Positions 51,004-64,000 of a stretch of DNA of 64,000 bases are shown in pieces. The translations under genes and the position numbers were made by a program. This stretch comes from Puccinia triticina (Eukaryota). Where the stretch lies: the NCBI GenBank assembly GCA_026914245.1, contig CP110439.1, forward strand, positions 3,844,001-3,908,000. The letters run 5' to 3'. How positions within the stretch are numbered: position 1 is the stretch's first letter; the number at the start of each line of letters is the position of its first letter. Under the pieces are notes generated by a model that made no database searches, was not told the DNA's origin, and saw only the letters and a program-made list of their open reading frames with translations.

Positions 51004-53916
51004 ATGATGGCAACAGACTCAGAGAATCGGAAGGACCCAGTGTTACCCAAATTGCCGATCCCACCCTTGGAAGGTGAGTGGAAGCATGCTCTAGCCTCTC
51101 AGAATGACTGTCTGCTTACACCTCTGCGTGTGTACTGTGCCCCATCGAATTACAGATACGTGTGCTCGTTACATCAAAGTTTTGGAGCCCCTTCAGACTC
51201 CAAAGGAGCATGAAAAAACCAAATCTGTCGTCCAACGTTTCTTGAAAACCGACGGTCCCTTGCTTCATGCACGGTTGCAGGAATATGCTTCCACGAAAGC
51301 CAGCTTTATCGAGGAGTTTTGGTACGAGAGTTACCTCCAACACAGCGATTCAGTCGTCCTGAGTCTCAATCCTTTCTTCATACTCGAGTAAAGTCTCTTC
51401 TCACTAGCTCTCTCATTCTATTGTTGCAACGCAAAGAAATTGCAGCTGATCCAAGTCTAAGTTCTAACCTACTGGTGCTTGGGGTTTAAAGGGATGATCC
51501 AACTCCTTCTCGCGGCAACCAGTTAACTCGTGCGGCCTCTTTGATATTGGCGTCAGTGGGGTTTGTTCACGACCTACGGAGCGGTCAGCTTGAGCCTGAC
51601 AATGTCAGAGGAAAACCCCTGGACATGTATCAATACTCGAAGCTGTTTGGCTCCGCAAGAATCCCAACTCGGGATGGCTGTCAAATGAAAACATTCGGAG
51701 ATAGCAAGCATGTCGTAGTCATGCGGAGAGGACAATTCTACTCCTTTGACGTCAGTCTTTCATCCTTATACATACCATAACCACCATCAAAGATCTTCAT
51801 GTTCTCTTAGAAAAACTTCATGCTCAGGTTATGGACTCCGAGCATCGCCCGGTCCTATCTGAACGTGAATTATGGAACAACTTGTACTCGATCATCCAAG
51901 ATGCTGACAAGCTGCCGATTAGCAAAGTTGCTCAAAGCTCGATCGGCCTGTTGACAACGGAGCGGCGGCCGACATGGGCCACACTTCGCCAAGAGCTGAT
52001 CGACGATCCCCACAGTCCAAACAAGGACTGCCTCCATTTGATTGACAGTGCCCTTTTCATAGTTTGCCTGGACGGCTCGAGCCCTCGGACAGCTGATGCG
52101 ATTTGCGCAACGATGCTCTGTGGGACCTATGAGCTGGGTCGTCGAGGGGTTCAGGTCGGAACGTGCCTCAACCGGTGGTATGATAAACTTCAAATCATCG
52201 TCTGTGCCGACGGTCAAGCCGGCGTAAACTTCGAACACTCTGCAGTAGACGGCGCCACAGTTTTGCGTTTTGTAGGGGACATTTACACTGAGCTCATACT
52301 GCGCTTCGCCAAGTCAATCAATAAGAATAGTTTGACATTATTCAAGAATCAACCATCCCCCTGGGCCCAACACGCCAGTAGTAAAAACTTACCAAACTTG
52401 CCCGATCACGCTGCTGATATGCCTGAGGAGGAGATCAATACGAGTCCTCAGAAACTCGAATGGCAGTTGTCTAACACCCTCAAGGCCTCTATTCGCTTTG
52501 CTGAGACTAGGTTGTCTGACTTAATCTGCCAAAACGAAGTTCTGGCGCTCGAGTTCGAGGAGTATGGTAAAAACTTCATCATCTCTCAAAACCTCTCTCC
52601 AGATGCGGTCAGTCTTATTTTGCACACATGTAACTTCCTCCGCCGAGGTTGGTGATGAAAGAGACTTAATGGTTTGTGAAACAAACGGTCTAGTTTGTGC
52701 AAATGGCCTTTCAGGTGTGCTATTTCTCGCTATATGGACGGATCGAGTCGACATACGAGCCAGCTATGACAAAGGCGTTCTCACATGGCCGAACCGAAGG
52801 GATCCGAAGTGTGTCGCCCAGTTCGGTCAAATTCATCAAGAACTTTTGCTCGGACGTGGATAACCAAACCAAGATTTCCGCATTACGAGAAGCTTGCGAA
52901 TATCACCAAAACTTGAGCAAACAATGTTCTCAAGGCTTAGGACAGGATCGAATTCTATTCGCCATGTACAGTCTAGCCCAACAGGAATTGCATCAAGAAT
53001 CCTCTGGCCATTCTTCTGATGACTCTAGTAACGACGAGGAAGAAGATCGTCATCCAAACAGAAAACTGAAAAAACTCCCTAAAATCTTTCGCGACAGTGG
53101 ATACGGTTTACTTAATCACTCCACCTTAAGCACCTCAAACTGTGGAAACCCCGCGCTGAGATTATTCGGATTCGGACCGGTCGTCTCGGATGGGTATGGG
53201 ATAGGATATATCATTCGAGAAGATGGATTGTCGTTTGTGATTTCCTCGAAACACCTTCAAACTCGACGGTTCGTGGAGAGCTTGCGGGCTTACTTCCTCG
53301 AGATTAGAAGGATTTTGCTCTCCGTGACTGAATCTGCTAATCCAAACGTGGACCCACCCCTGTCGATTACCAAACGGAACCAACATCGCCATCATCTCCC
53401 AGATTCTGCTCGAAAATTAAGCTATAATCATCGTCACCAGCCTAAAGCCCTCGATAGTTCGGAGTGGAATACTTTCTGGAATGATAAATTGGTGAAGGTT
53501 GATCCCCCTCACCGAAAAGATCATTCCACCGGGTCAGATGACGCTCGCCCCGAGAAAGATCAAACCCAACACGACGAAGAGCCCTTGACTGCCGGTTACG
53601 GTTTCTTTGTCAGTACTTCTCATATATTTCTTCACCAAACATTACAGCAGGTCCCTGAAATCTCTCGATCTCATTCCGCTTTCGTATTTCATTATCAATC
53701 CAGGATTCCGGTGAAATTGATAAGATCATTTCCTCTCATGCTGAAAACGTCCGAAACGATAATTCGAAAAAGAAATTCAAACCACCAATAGGTATGCTTG
53801 AGTCCTAGGTTTACATTTCTCCTCTTGATCAGGGGCGAAAATAAATCCTTGGATGATTAACCTTTTTGGCACGTTGGCTTATTTTAGGAACTAAATTGGA
53901 AGCTGTTGATGATTGA
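51004..53916 (+). CDS. YAT1: Carnitine O-acetyltransferase (YAT1/FacC type), multi-exon
   Basis: LPKLPIPPLE, FIEEFWYESYL, LNPFFILEDDPTP, NRWYDKLQIIV..GVNFEHSAVDG (catalytic His), STYEPAMTKAFSHGRTE, LSTSNCG and GFGPVVSDGYGIGY. GT-AG introns. Confidence 0.92.
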
Positions 53917-56247
53917 TTTCTTGCCAGATAAGTCAATCATCACTGAACTAGAAACCAACTGAGAGGCCTGATTCAACACTTCCACAATAGTATGAGCAGC
54001 TTGCACTTTCGTGTCTTGTATTTGTTTTCATTGAATGCAATGTCTTTTTCAGATTAATATTGATGTAAAATTAACTCGTAAGGCAATGCTCATGTGACAT
54101 GTGCTATTATGCTAACATCCAGTTTCATTTGCATTTTACTCATATTTGTGGTGTTCAATTTCTAAAACAGCTCTAAGAATCTTGTTCTGCTATTGAGTAT
54201 TTTTAACCTGCATGTACTTTGTGGTCAATTGCTTTGTAAATAAATGAACTCTTCCTGGCTTGCACACCTCACTGTGCATCAACACAGGGTGTTAAGAGGC
54301 ATCCAATGAACTTCTATTTGAGAGAACACCAATCTTACTCCTTGCCCGTTAGCAACCATTGAAAAGACTTCAGATCAACTATTGTATCTACCATTGAATA
54401 CTTGCAGACTTTTTCCTTATTGCTAAACGGCTACTCTAAAGCTTGAATGTGTGGTTACAACCTCAAACCCCTCCATACCCTATCTATGCAGAGGATGAAC
54501 ATGATTAACAATGGATTGAAGGGAGAAAAACAAAATGGGTTGGGACCAATGAAAGAAATGAGAAAAGAACAAGACTGTTTGATGAAAAGAGGATAGTGCA
54601 GATGACAAGAGAAGAGCAAGAGGATTCAATGAAAACAGAAGGGCATTGTGATTGCCAAAAGTCAATAATTCAACGGAAAGGGCCATCCAAAGCCCAGGAG
54701 GGTTGCTGAACTCTGAAATCATTGGAGATTTGTCCTGAGAAACAAAAGCTAATCAATACTTTATTCCGACTTGAGCTGTATTTATACTAGCCTGCTCAAT
54801 GAAACATAAGACTTGCAGGTTCACTTGGACACCTTTTGTTGGGTGCTGCTTGACCGTTTTTTGGGTTTCGGACGGTTTCGGTGGTTTCTGGGAAGGGACA
54901 AGTGCTTGAGGTGCCAGTTGCTCAGGACCCCTTGGATAGAAAACTGCTCAGTTGTTTGATCCATTGTTTTGTATCTTCCAAGTCTTCATTAGCTTTATTG
55001 TGAAGTTTCAGCCAGTCATTTGGTACGGCATCAATCAACTGCTTTAGCTCAGAGCGCATCTTAGGTTTAAGAAAAGCAATATAATTCAGACCAAGAAACT
55101 GGTAAGACACTATTCCACTGGCATTCAGGCCTACAGCACCCAGGCTGTTTGATACCCAAGAAATCTCAAACAAAAATTTTCGGTGTATACATGACTCTTG
55201 GCAACAGGAAAAGATCTATGTATCTGCAGGAGTTGCATGGTTCTGAAAATTCAACCAAGAGTCAAGACCAGAATTCCTGAAATACCCCTACAATGGCACA
55301 GTTTGACATGATGGATGTTCTGAAAATTTAACTTAGGGGGCTATGAAAGCATACAGGGAGCTTTGATATGACAGTGCTATAAGGGGGTGGGTGCACCTAA
55401 TGATTATTTCAGGGTTGATGTGGTGGCAAGGTAATGGGTCCCAACTGTGATTGTTTGGAGTGGCTGGCTTCCATGAAATCTGGTGTGTGCACTGGGGATT
55501 TATGTTGGGGGAATGCAGGCAAGGGGGGCTTGGTAGGTTGGGGATTTTTCCTTGCAGCGGCGTAGCCGCTTTGAACTCTAGTTTTCTTACTAATTCCACC
55601 ACACACCACTTATATCTCATGTGCTGATTTCAAAATATTGCTAAAAATTTCAGGTATCTAATTTTATGCATAATCCTCTGTTCTATCAAATTTTTATCCA
55701 TGTGGTACATGGGAAAAAGAAGTTATGGAAATTTATGGATAATCAAAATAGGGGCTTAAAAGCGCCCGCCACCTCAAAAGAAAATTGGTTCATGAGTTAC
55801 TGCATAGCAGCTAATGATTTGACTCATTGGTAATTTACTTTTTGCTGTAAAATTTTGGGACCCTTTGGAGCACTGTGGCTAATTTTCTGGCGGATTTCCT
55901 TTGTAGTGAATCCTCCAAATTTTACCCACAGTGCAGAGCCCATTACTGGGTGCACTGACACCGCGCAGTTCACAATGTGCCCTTGAGAGGGGTTTATGCC
56001 CTCTGTAAAATTTTGGTGCGCTTTGGGCACCCCAGTTAGAAGTTATAATTTTATTTTTGTAATTTTTGGTATAATTACATTTTTGACTCCCATTCTATGT
56101 GGCAGAATTAAATTCCGACTCCCAAAAAATGTGCTTTGGAAGTCAGAATTTAATCCTTGGGAGTCAATCAGTTAAGCTCCTTTTTTCATACAAATTCATT
56201 CTCCAAGATGGCAAGAAGCCATTGGATTATTGGTTTCAAATGTGCCA

Positions 56248-57513
56248 GCACCCTGGAAACCCCTGATAAATGAGTGGCATGAAAATGTATGATTTTTTTT
56301 TCATTTTTTTTTTTGCAAAATATTTTGCAAAAAAAATGAAAAAATCATACATTTTCATTAATGATATGCGGGGGTGTGAATGAAACCTAAGTAATTCTGA
56401 ATGCAGACTCCAGAGGATCACCCCTAGCCAGGTGAGTGACCTGCCCACCCATACTTCTATGATTGGCCTTCACAGTAGTAGTAGGGTGCCTGGCCAACCA
56501 AACGGGTACACATTTGTGCCGACTTCCCAGAAACAAATTTTCTTCGGCTTGCCCGGTGTCTCCTGGCCGGTGAGCACCTTGTAGGTGCTTGTCGAGGACC
56601 TCGGCAAACAGGTTTGTGCCCGTTTGGTGAGGATGGATAAGGACCTCGGCAAGCAGGTTTACAGCCGGCGAGTTTAGATTCCCTTTGGCTTCTCTCAGCC
56701 TACTTGACAAGGTCGAGCAATCATCTTGGGGAAGCGGGTGCACATACCTTTGTATATAACTTGGTTGCGGCTTGCCAACAATGATTACAAGTTCGAGGAA
56801 GTTTCTTGTGAGCAGTTAGAAAGTTTACCCGCTTGCCGGGGACTCGGGAGGCTTCCTTGGCGGTCTTCTTCTCCAGCGAGCACTCGCGCGCCGCGTAGGA
56901 TCCCTCAGAGAGCAGAGACACCCTGCAACTCACTCCCCGCTGAGCTGATTATGATTCATACCCCGATCCGGTTGTCTCATGAATTCATTTCCTCAGCGAA
57001 CAGCCGGCGGGTATGTACACCTTCTGTAGCCGAATGCCGGTGAAGATTGCTGCTTGGTTTCTCGGCTCCAATGGGGTGTTTACAAATTACATAAGGGCTT
57101 TGATAGGTACATCCAAAAGCGTATTTTTTTCCTTGCCGCTTTCAGTCGTATGTACTTGGTGTCACTTTTTTTCTAGGCAGCAACCAAATTAATTGGACAT
57201 TGCTTAGGGTACATTCAGGCTCGCATGATATGCACAAAAATGGTATGAATTGGCTTTAAAACCCAAAAGGGTATGCATGAAATACCACATAAATGTATGT
57301 ATTTCCAATAAAATTCAGGTAAGTTGGCTAACACCCGCAAATCTCTGCTTGAAATTGGGGTTTTGGGACCCTGGTTGGATTTAAGCTCAAGCATAGGCAT
57401 GAAAATGTATGAATCAGCCAAAAAAAACCATTCCTCGGTGTCCCCCAATGTATTAATTTAGGCGAAATTCAGGATTTTACATGCCACCAATTTTTAGGGG
57501 GTTTCCAGGGTCC
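56248..57513. mobile_element. MULE-like non-autonomous element with a GC-richer internal fragment
   Basis: TIRs G(C/G)ACCCTGGAAACCCC...GTGGCATG. TSD (A/T)AATGTGCCA, 9-10 bp. Confidence 0.7.
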
Positions 57514-59928
57514 TAATGTGCCACAACCACATTGTGGCAACTTGACCTACTTTCTGAACCACATGGGTACTAAAGCAATGCCTTCATCAAGAAAGGCTTT
57601 CTGAGGAATTCCTGCAAGTCTTACAGCTTTCTGGATGTCCTGGCAGAGGTTAAAGGCTTGTTGAGTGGACTTGACAAGCAGCTGGGATTTTAAACCAGCT
57701 CATCGGCAGCCCTTGGGAAGCCAAGGTACTTTATAACCAACTTGCTGGGATCCTCGGCAAGCCAGTGGGAAACAATGAAATCTTGCCACGGGCTGGTAAG
57801 GCATATACATGCAGCAGCATGCTCCTCAGTGAGCTTTGTTGGTGGGAACGGTTCTCCCTCACAGAGCCCAATTGACTCTGAGAAGTTGAAGCAATTGGAA
57901 TGGTATCAATTCATCAAATTATATGCTCTAAATTTCTTTTCTAACTCTCCTGGTACCCCCAATGAAGTCAGAGAGGAGCATGATAGAGAGAGCACAAAAG
58001 GTGGTATGTAAATGTGTTGGAATTTCACTTGTTCCCCTCTCCCTTCTTTGCCTTATGTCACAATCCTGTCACTTCCTTCTCAAAAAAACTGTCTGCTATG
58101 CATGTGCTTTTCTATTCATAATGTGTCTCTCTAACTCGCGCCCACAAGTCAAACACATTGTATCTAGTCTATTTAAAACACCTTAGACTAGAAGTAAAGA
58201 AACCATCAGTCCTGACCAATGGTTGGTCAAGAGTGACTCCCGCCAACCTGTTCCCGTGTGCTCACCTTAGCCTGCTCACTGTCTTATCTACAAAGGCACT
58301 TGAGCCCCTTCAAGTAAGTTAAATTGGTCCTTTTTCAGACTTTTTTTCTGCTATTGGCTCAGCCAATCTTTTTCCCCCTGCCCGCTCTGCTTGCATCCAG
58401 CCTTAATTCCTTCAAAATGGCTTGATCAACTCTTCAGGGCACCTAACCAACCCCCTGTTGAGTGATAAAGAAGTTACCAAAAATAAAGGGGAGTTATAGC
58501 CGGTCAAAACAGAAGAGTTACACTTATATATAGACTTAATCAGGCTGCTCTCCTATCTGGTAAGCTACTTGTACTATCACAGCATGTACAACCAATCCTA
58601 ACACGTGTTTGAGTACTGGTATCATGCATTACATACACTGATACTGATCCCACATGTTTGTTGGATGCTGGAAGTGGAAGCAATGATATTGATGGCTAGA
58701 GTCAAAACATGAAACATGACCCACCAGAATTTCTGGTTCAGAGCCATTTTTGTCTAGGAATGTTGGCTCAGGCACCATGTTTGGCTAGAATGTTGGCTCA
58801 GAGCCATGGTGGCCGTTCTGTTGGGCCAGGGGCGCCATCAGACCCAAACCAAACTGGCTAATAACAATGGCCGCTTTGTTGGTTCATTTGTCCAATTTCT
58901 TGTGGATTCACCGGCATTTCACAAAAAAACACAAATTTGGCCTTTTTTGTTGGTCTAAAAGAAAGATTAGGGGATGGATAGATACACCACGGGTGAGGCT
59001 CAACAAAATGATTTCAATTGCCAAATGATATCATTTTGGTTGGCCTGCCTGCAAGGGCGGACCGTCGCCAGACGGTCGGCGTTAAAGAATGCACTTCGCA
59101 CCCGGGTACTCGCTCCAAGCACGAGTACTTGCCCAGAAATAGTAAAATTCTAGACACCCACACCCGCACCCGCACCCGCACGCGCGGGCGCAGGAGGGGG
59201 CAAGTACGTGGGTACTTGTGGCAAGTACTCGCGGGTGTGCACGCCTTTTTGCGGCAAAAGCCGCGAACAGCTCCTGGTCCTCCTTTTGATTCTGGGAGTC
59301 AAACGCCCAGTCATCCTATAAATGACCGGCCATGGGCATTGATCTCGGTCATCGATAGGATGACCAATCATTATATTGACGCCCGGTCATCGGTCTTGAT
59401 GCCCGGACATTATATTGATTCCAGGTCATCTGCTTCGATGACCAGTCATGGGTATCAATGACCGGTCATCCTATCGATGACCGGTCATGGGTATCAACGA
59501 CCGGTCATGGGCATCAATGACCAGTCATCCTGTTGATGACTGGTCATGGGTATCATCCTGTCAATGACAGATATTGACGACCGGTCATGGACATCAATGA
59601 CCGGTCATCCTATCAATGACCTGAGATGGGGATGGGCCGGTCGGTAATGTATTATGATTCCAAGAAAGCTTGGACAGATTTTAATGCTGTGCATTCCCAA
59701 TCATGGGATCCTGAAAATCGTGATCAGGTTTTTGTTCTTTTCTGCCTGGCGATGATCATGACATCTGAACCTCAAAGCAGATCTTTGATCCTTTGCCACA
59801 GCAGAAGGGATCACTATTGCCATCGGTAGCTTGTGATGACCGAGGTTTCTTTCCTTGACCATTCCATGAAGCCATCCGGCCCTTTTATTGTTTGAATTTT
59901 TCTTTTCCCTTGAAATTGTTCGAGAAAA

Positions 59929-61262
59929 ATGTCCCGTTTTGGAATCGACCTCCTCGGACGATAGGTTCCACCGCCCGGATACCTTACTACGACTGAACAG
60001 TACCGTATTCGTGGTATAGGCTCAGAGCCAGCGCCCGGGAATCTCGTCAGCTCTTTTCCTTTCTTAGGTTCCTCATGACTACTAGCTGAGGTAATGGTCG
60101 TTTTTTGTGTCTGTTTTTGCAGGTACAAACGATCAACTGCACCACGTCGTTCAAATTGTTTTATCAAAAGAACCAGGGCCAGACTAAGCCAACCTGGAAA
60201 GCGATACCTTACGGGAAGAAATTCAAGATCGAAATCGCTGTCGATTCGATGAACTTCGAGGCTTTTCAAAAAGCGGTTGCCGACGCCTGCGACAAACAGT
60301 TCTCAAATGCTGGGAAGATAATAGAAGATGCGGTTGAATGCGGCTTTCCCCATCTCGACTGGATAGTCATCATGAATCTCCGTGATGCAGCCGAGTTTAA
60401 GCGAGCTGAAAACTATACTGTCAACGATCAGCAGTCCTACGCACACTGGATGGCTACTGTGGTTGATAACGCAAGGGACCGAACCGAAGCTTGGTTGGAG
60501 CTGAAGATGGTCAACCCAACCGAAGTCCAAAGACAAGCTACAGCGGCAAACGAGGTCCAAGAACATGTCTTGACCACGCAGGCCGCCAAGGATGCCGCAT
60601 CCGCCTCGAAGCGCAAAGCACCGAACGATGCTGGTCCTGGCGGCGAAGGGATTCAAGTGCCGGCCGGAAACTTCAAGGCTCTCAACTTCCTAATGAACAA
60701 GCTCTTCGACCTTCACGAGCCCAACCAAAAATACGATAATGCACTTCCGGTCTTCATCGATCCTGCGGATCCAAACCAATACGTCGTTTTGAAAACCCCG
60801 ATGGTCCAGAAATGGGCCAAGGCCATCGTGAGTTTTTATTTATCAACCTCATGAAGCCTCATGAACTGATCTTGTTCACATCATCAATTTTAGATGGACA
60901 AAGTTCCTGGAGTCTCGATGTACACACCACCAGGTGATTTCAAATTTGAACAGTTATCGAAAAAGAAAAGAAAACTCGACAACAACACCGCGGGTCATAG
61001 TCGTACCTCCTCATGCGATCCCAATGTTTCAATCATTATCCCGAATCCTGACTTAGTACGTAGTTATGTAGAGTTTGTAAAAATAAACCCCTCTAAGAAA
61101 GAAGCAGTCCTTAAGGCTCTCGATGACAACGATATCACCCATCCTAGATTTTTCTTATCCAAAAATATCACCCATGAGTGCATGAGTAGATGGGGCTTAT
61201 CCGATGGGATCATTGCCCAATTGAAGGATAATGTCAACCAATTCCTAGAATTGAACAACTGA
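59929..61262 (+). CDS. Uncharacterised transposon-associated protein with possible C-terminal SAM-like domain (exons ~59929-60045, 60123-60827, 60894-61262)
   Basis: Long open exons joined in frame by GT-AG introns. The putative first exon has an in-frame TAG at codon 12, so the start is uncertain. C-terminus LKALDDNDITH...ITHECMSRWGLSDGIIAQL. Confidence 0.6.
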
Positions 61263-61864
61263 ATACCCTCTACACGTCCTTAGCATTAACAGAATGAATT
61301 GTTTAAACAGCTCAAGCAACCTTTAAAATTTTACTTTTGTTTGTTGATCTCACCCCTCTATTTAGTCTATGACCCCACCAAATTATCCTTTTGTAATACA
61401 GAACTGCCCTACCCACATGTCCAAACAAATATTAATAAAATGATCTGTATATTTGTCCCAATCATGAGCAAGATAACTATCCTTAGTATTGGCCCCACGA
61501 AAGGTATTGCGGATGAGACCGATTAAGAGCATCCAGCTTTTTATAGCTTCAGATTTTTTGGGCAGTATATTACGGAGTGATATGGTATTCATTACTAGGC
61601 TAAACAGAAGAATTCAACTTTTACAACAGGATTTTTGTTGATTAAACGAGCTATCAAATCAATTTTTTTTTGGAGCAGTCAAGTGTTACATTGATTGGGT
61701 ATTCGGTGCTAGAGTAGACAGGCTGGACAGGTTAAATGGTACACAAAGGTGCTTGGTGGATAACTGGGCTAACATTTCAATCGAGAACAAGAGTGATTGA
61801 CGGCTACTGGGCTAGAACGTTGTGCTTAATAGGAGTGGAGATATGGGTTGATTTAGTTGGAATT

Positions 61865-62973
61865 TCATGGGATGCGGTACCCACAATGGGCATACACTTT
61901 TGAGCACAAGGTTTCATCGATTATTTCTCCGGTAACTCGACGGATTTCCCACTCGGTGTCCGGGACATAGCTGAGGCTCTGAGTCAAGCGAAGTTGCGTT
62001 TTTATTGCTCCAAAGCAGAGCTCGATCGGGTTGAGCTCAGGGCAGTATGGTGGAAGGTAAATGATTCGGACACCGGCTGCATTGCAGAGATCTTTGACTC
62101 TAGCCCCTCGATGGATCATTGCGTTGTCACAGACAAGCACCGAGTTGACACCTGGATATCGATTCATGCGAGGGAGCTGCAGGAGCTGATGTCAGCTGAA
62201 GAGTTCCCAAAAGCTGCTTGACTGGGTACTCACCAAGTCGAATTCGAGGAAATGCTCAAATTTTTCTCCTTGGAACGTTTCGCTAGTCGTAGTGAGCGCA
62301 ACCAACCCGTTGAGCGATATTGCTGGCAAGAGACTCCAACGTTCGGGGTTCTGGTTGATGATTAAGCGCTGAGCTGGGGTTCCTTGCTTTGACCTCGCAA
62401 ACGATCGGAGCAGGTCTTTGTCACAGAAGGAGCTCTCATCTTGGATAGAAAAGAGCACACCTCTATTAGTCCGAGATTTCATGACACAAAGGAAAAAGAA
62501 ACACACTCACCGGTGAAAACAAGAAAGTTGGCAGGAAAGAATTCCATTCGCTCGACGAATGCGAACTTCGCAACCAACGACTTCCTGGAGTTCACCGTTG
62601 AGGGCTTCTTCAAGGTGATTGACAACCTGTTGACTAGGTTCTCGTGGATCGCTTGGATGCTAAGAAGTGTGCCGGTTGAGTCGAACAGTCGCTGTCGCAT
62701 CTCTTCGAGGAACAACCCCGGTTCAGAACGAACCAACTCGACCATGAATCGACATTCCTCGCTTGAGAGTGTCGGAGGCCGTCCGCGAGTTATGTAAGAT
62801 TCGGGACTGCAAACGATTGCCTTGGTTTCTCGGTAAAGCAGCATCCATCGCTGGAAGGACTGCCTGGAGATCGCCTTGCCGAGGGTTTGACAGATGTGCG
62901 ATTTGGAAAACCCCTCGAGCGCCATTCGGACGGCCACAACCTTGATCGCTGGCGGATAGGGTACAAACACCAT
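61865..62973 (-). CDS. Tc1/IS630-like DD34E transposase, 3 exons (62973-62511, 62439-62234, 62176-61865), 326 aa
   Basis: N-terminal HTH region with GRP motif. Catalytic FT|DES, LVCDNAMIH and YLPPYCPELNPIE, with 34 residues between D and E. The spliced frame has no stops. Confidence 0.9.
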
Positions 62974-63589
62974 TATGGGGAAGGAGCTGGGTCGGGTTGG
63001 GCGTGGTTATCGAGAATGAGGAGAGGGAGAGGGCAGGAAGGATTGCCGGGATAGGGGGTGGGGCAGAAAACCAAAACAAAACTCGTGCTGTGCTTTGCTG
63101 TACACTCCAAACCCATAACTTTAGCCGGATGAAAAACTCGAACGGTCCAAGCTTAAGCAGAATCATAATATGTAGCCCGCGGTGCAGCATGTGAGTGGGG
63201 TGCGAGGTGCGGCCCAAGAGGGCCGAGTGCCGGGTTGGAGCAGACTTGCCACAAGTGGAGGCCGGCGGCACGCGGGGGCAGGGGCTTTGGAAGGGAATGG
63301 TCCCGCGGCAGGAAGTCTGACGTGTGCAGCAAGTACTTGCTTGTTTTTCAGCCCAAAAACCTGGCACCCGCACCCGCACCCGGCACGCGTGGGCGATACT
63401 TGTTGGCAAGTACTTGCCCACGGGTGCCGAGTACTTGCTGTTAGAGTGTAGGGGTGACACGTTTGTGATATGTTCAGATCTTAGCTTGTACCAGTCAGCT
63501 ATACATGCGCCGCAGTTAGTTAGTCATACGCCGCAGCACCTTGTACATAGTTTATCTACCACCGCGCGAGGTACCGGTTTCTCTTCCTC

Positions 63590-63733
63590 ACCGATTTGGG
63601 AAACCGGGACCGGACGCAGCGGTAGCTAACCGCCAGACACGGGACATCTGCAGGTTAGTGTGGCAACTTACCGATTTGGGAAACCGGGACCGGACGCAGC
63701 GGTAGCTAACCGCCAGACACGGGACATCTGCAG
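63590..63733. repeat. Perfect 64-bp direct repeat
   Basis: ACCGATTTGGGAAACCGGGACC...GGGACATCTGCAG at 63590 and again at 63670. Confidence 0.9.
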
Positions 63734-64000
63734 TGTTGCCCGTTTGCTTCTTCACACTTGCAAAGGAGTACTGGAGGACTTCCCACCGATCTGGAAACCC
63801 AGATTTTCCCAGATTTCGCAGGGAAATCTAGGCAGATCTAGGATTTGGGACGATTGAGCCCAGATTTCCCCGCAAAATCTGAAAAAATCTGAGCTCCCAG
63901 ATTGACGGGAAGTCCTCCACTTGGTGCAATCTTTAGTTGGTGTTTTCACCAGAAAATTCCAGGAACCCTACTGGAACTTAGAAGGCAATGGAAAATATTT

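Larger units (their letters stand above)
59092..63448. mobile_element. Tc1/IS630-like DNA transposon with two convergent genes
   Basis: Imperfect CACT.../...AGTG|TA ends with shared GCAAGTACT and CACCCG subterminal motifs at both ends. Encloses the transposase and a second gene. The left boundary is less certain. Confidence 0.6.

Noticed and set aside
54480..55250. Minus-strand gene remnant
   Set aside because: Only short fragments are present, with no recognisable domain or coherent exon chain.
59814..60269. 151-aa minus-strand ORF
   Set aside because: It is antisense to the better-supported spliced + strand gene.
63731..64000. Left end of a hAT-like element (CAGTGTTGCC plus CCCAGATT motifs)
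   Set aside because: The other end lies outside the window, so it cannot be verified.

Overview
This is eukaryotic, intron-containing fungal DNA. The gene sequences, short GT-AG introns, high transposon density and CpG-eroded repeats suggest a basidiomycete rust fungus (Pucciniales); that assignment is inference. Only three clear host genes are present: an LpqC/PHB-depolymerase-like serine esterase (9756-10993), the TOR-complex WD40 subunit LST8 (39958-41586, minus strand) and a YAT1/FacC-type carnitine acetyltransferase (51004-53916). Most of the rest is nested transposable elements whose ends and target-site duplications (TSDs) can be read by eye. These include four copies of one non-autonomous Helitron family with conserved termini but unrelated cargo, and a deleted Rep/Pif1 Helitron inserted exactly at an A|T inside a Tad1-like LINE. 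There is also a gag-only Copia element with near-identical LTRs inside a hAT-like element, several MULE-, CACTA- and Harbinger-like foldback elements, and an apparently intact intron-containing DD34E Tc1/IS630 transposase paired with a convergent unknown gene. A palindromic unit (CTCGATGACCGG-N5/6-CCGGTCATCGAG) recurs in arrays inside several unrelated element families, sometimes with unique spacers. All calls are by manual reading; no database search was run.
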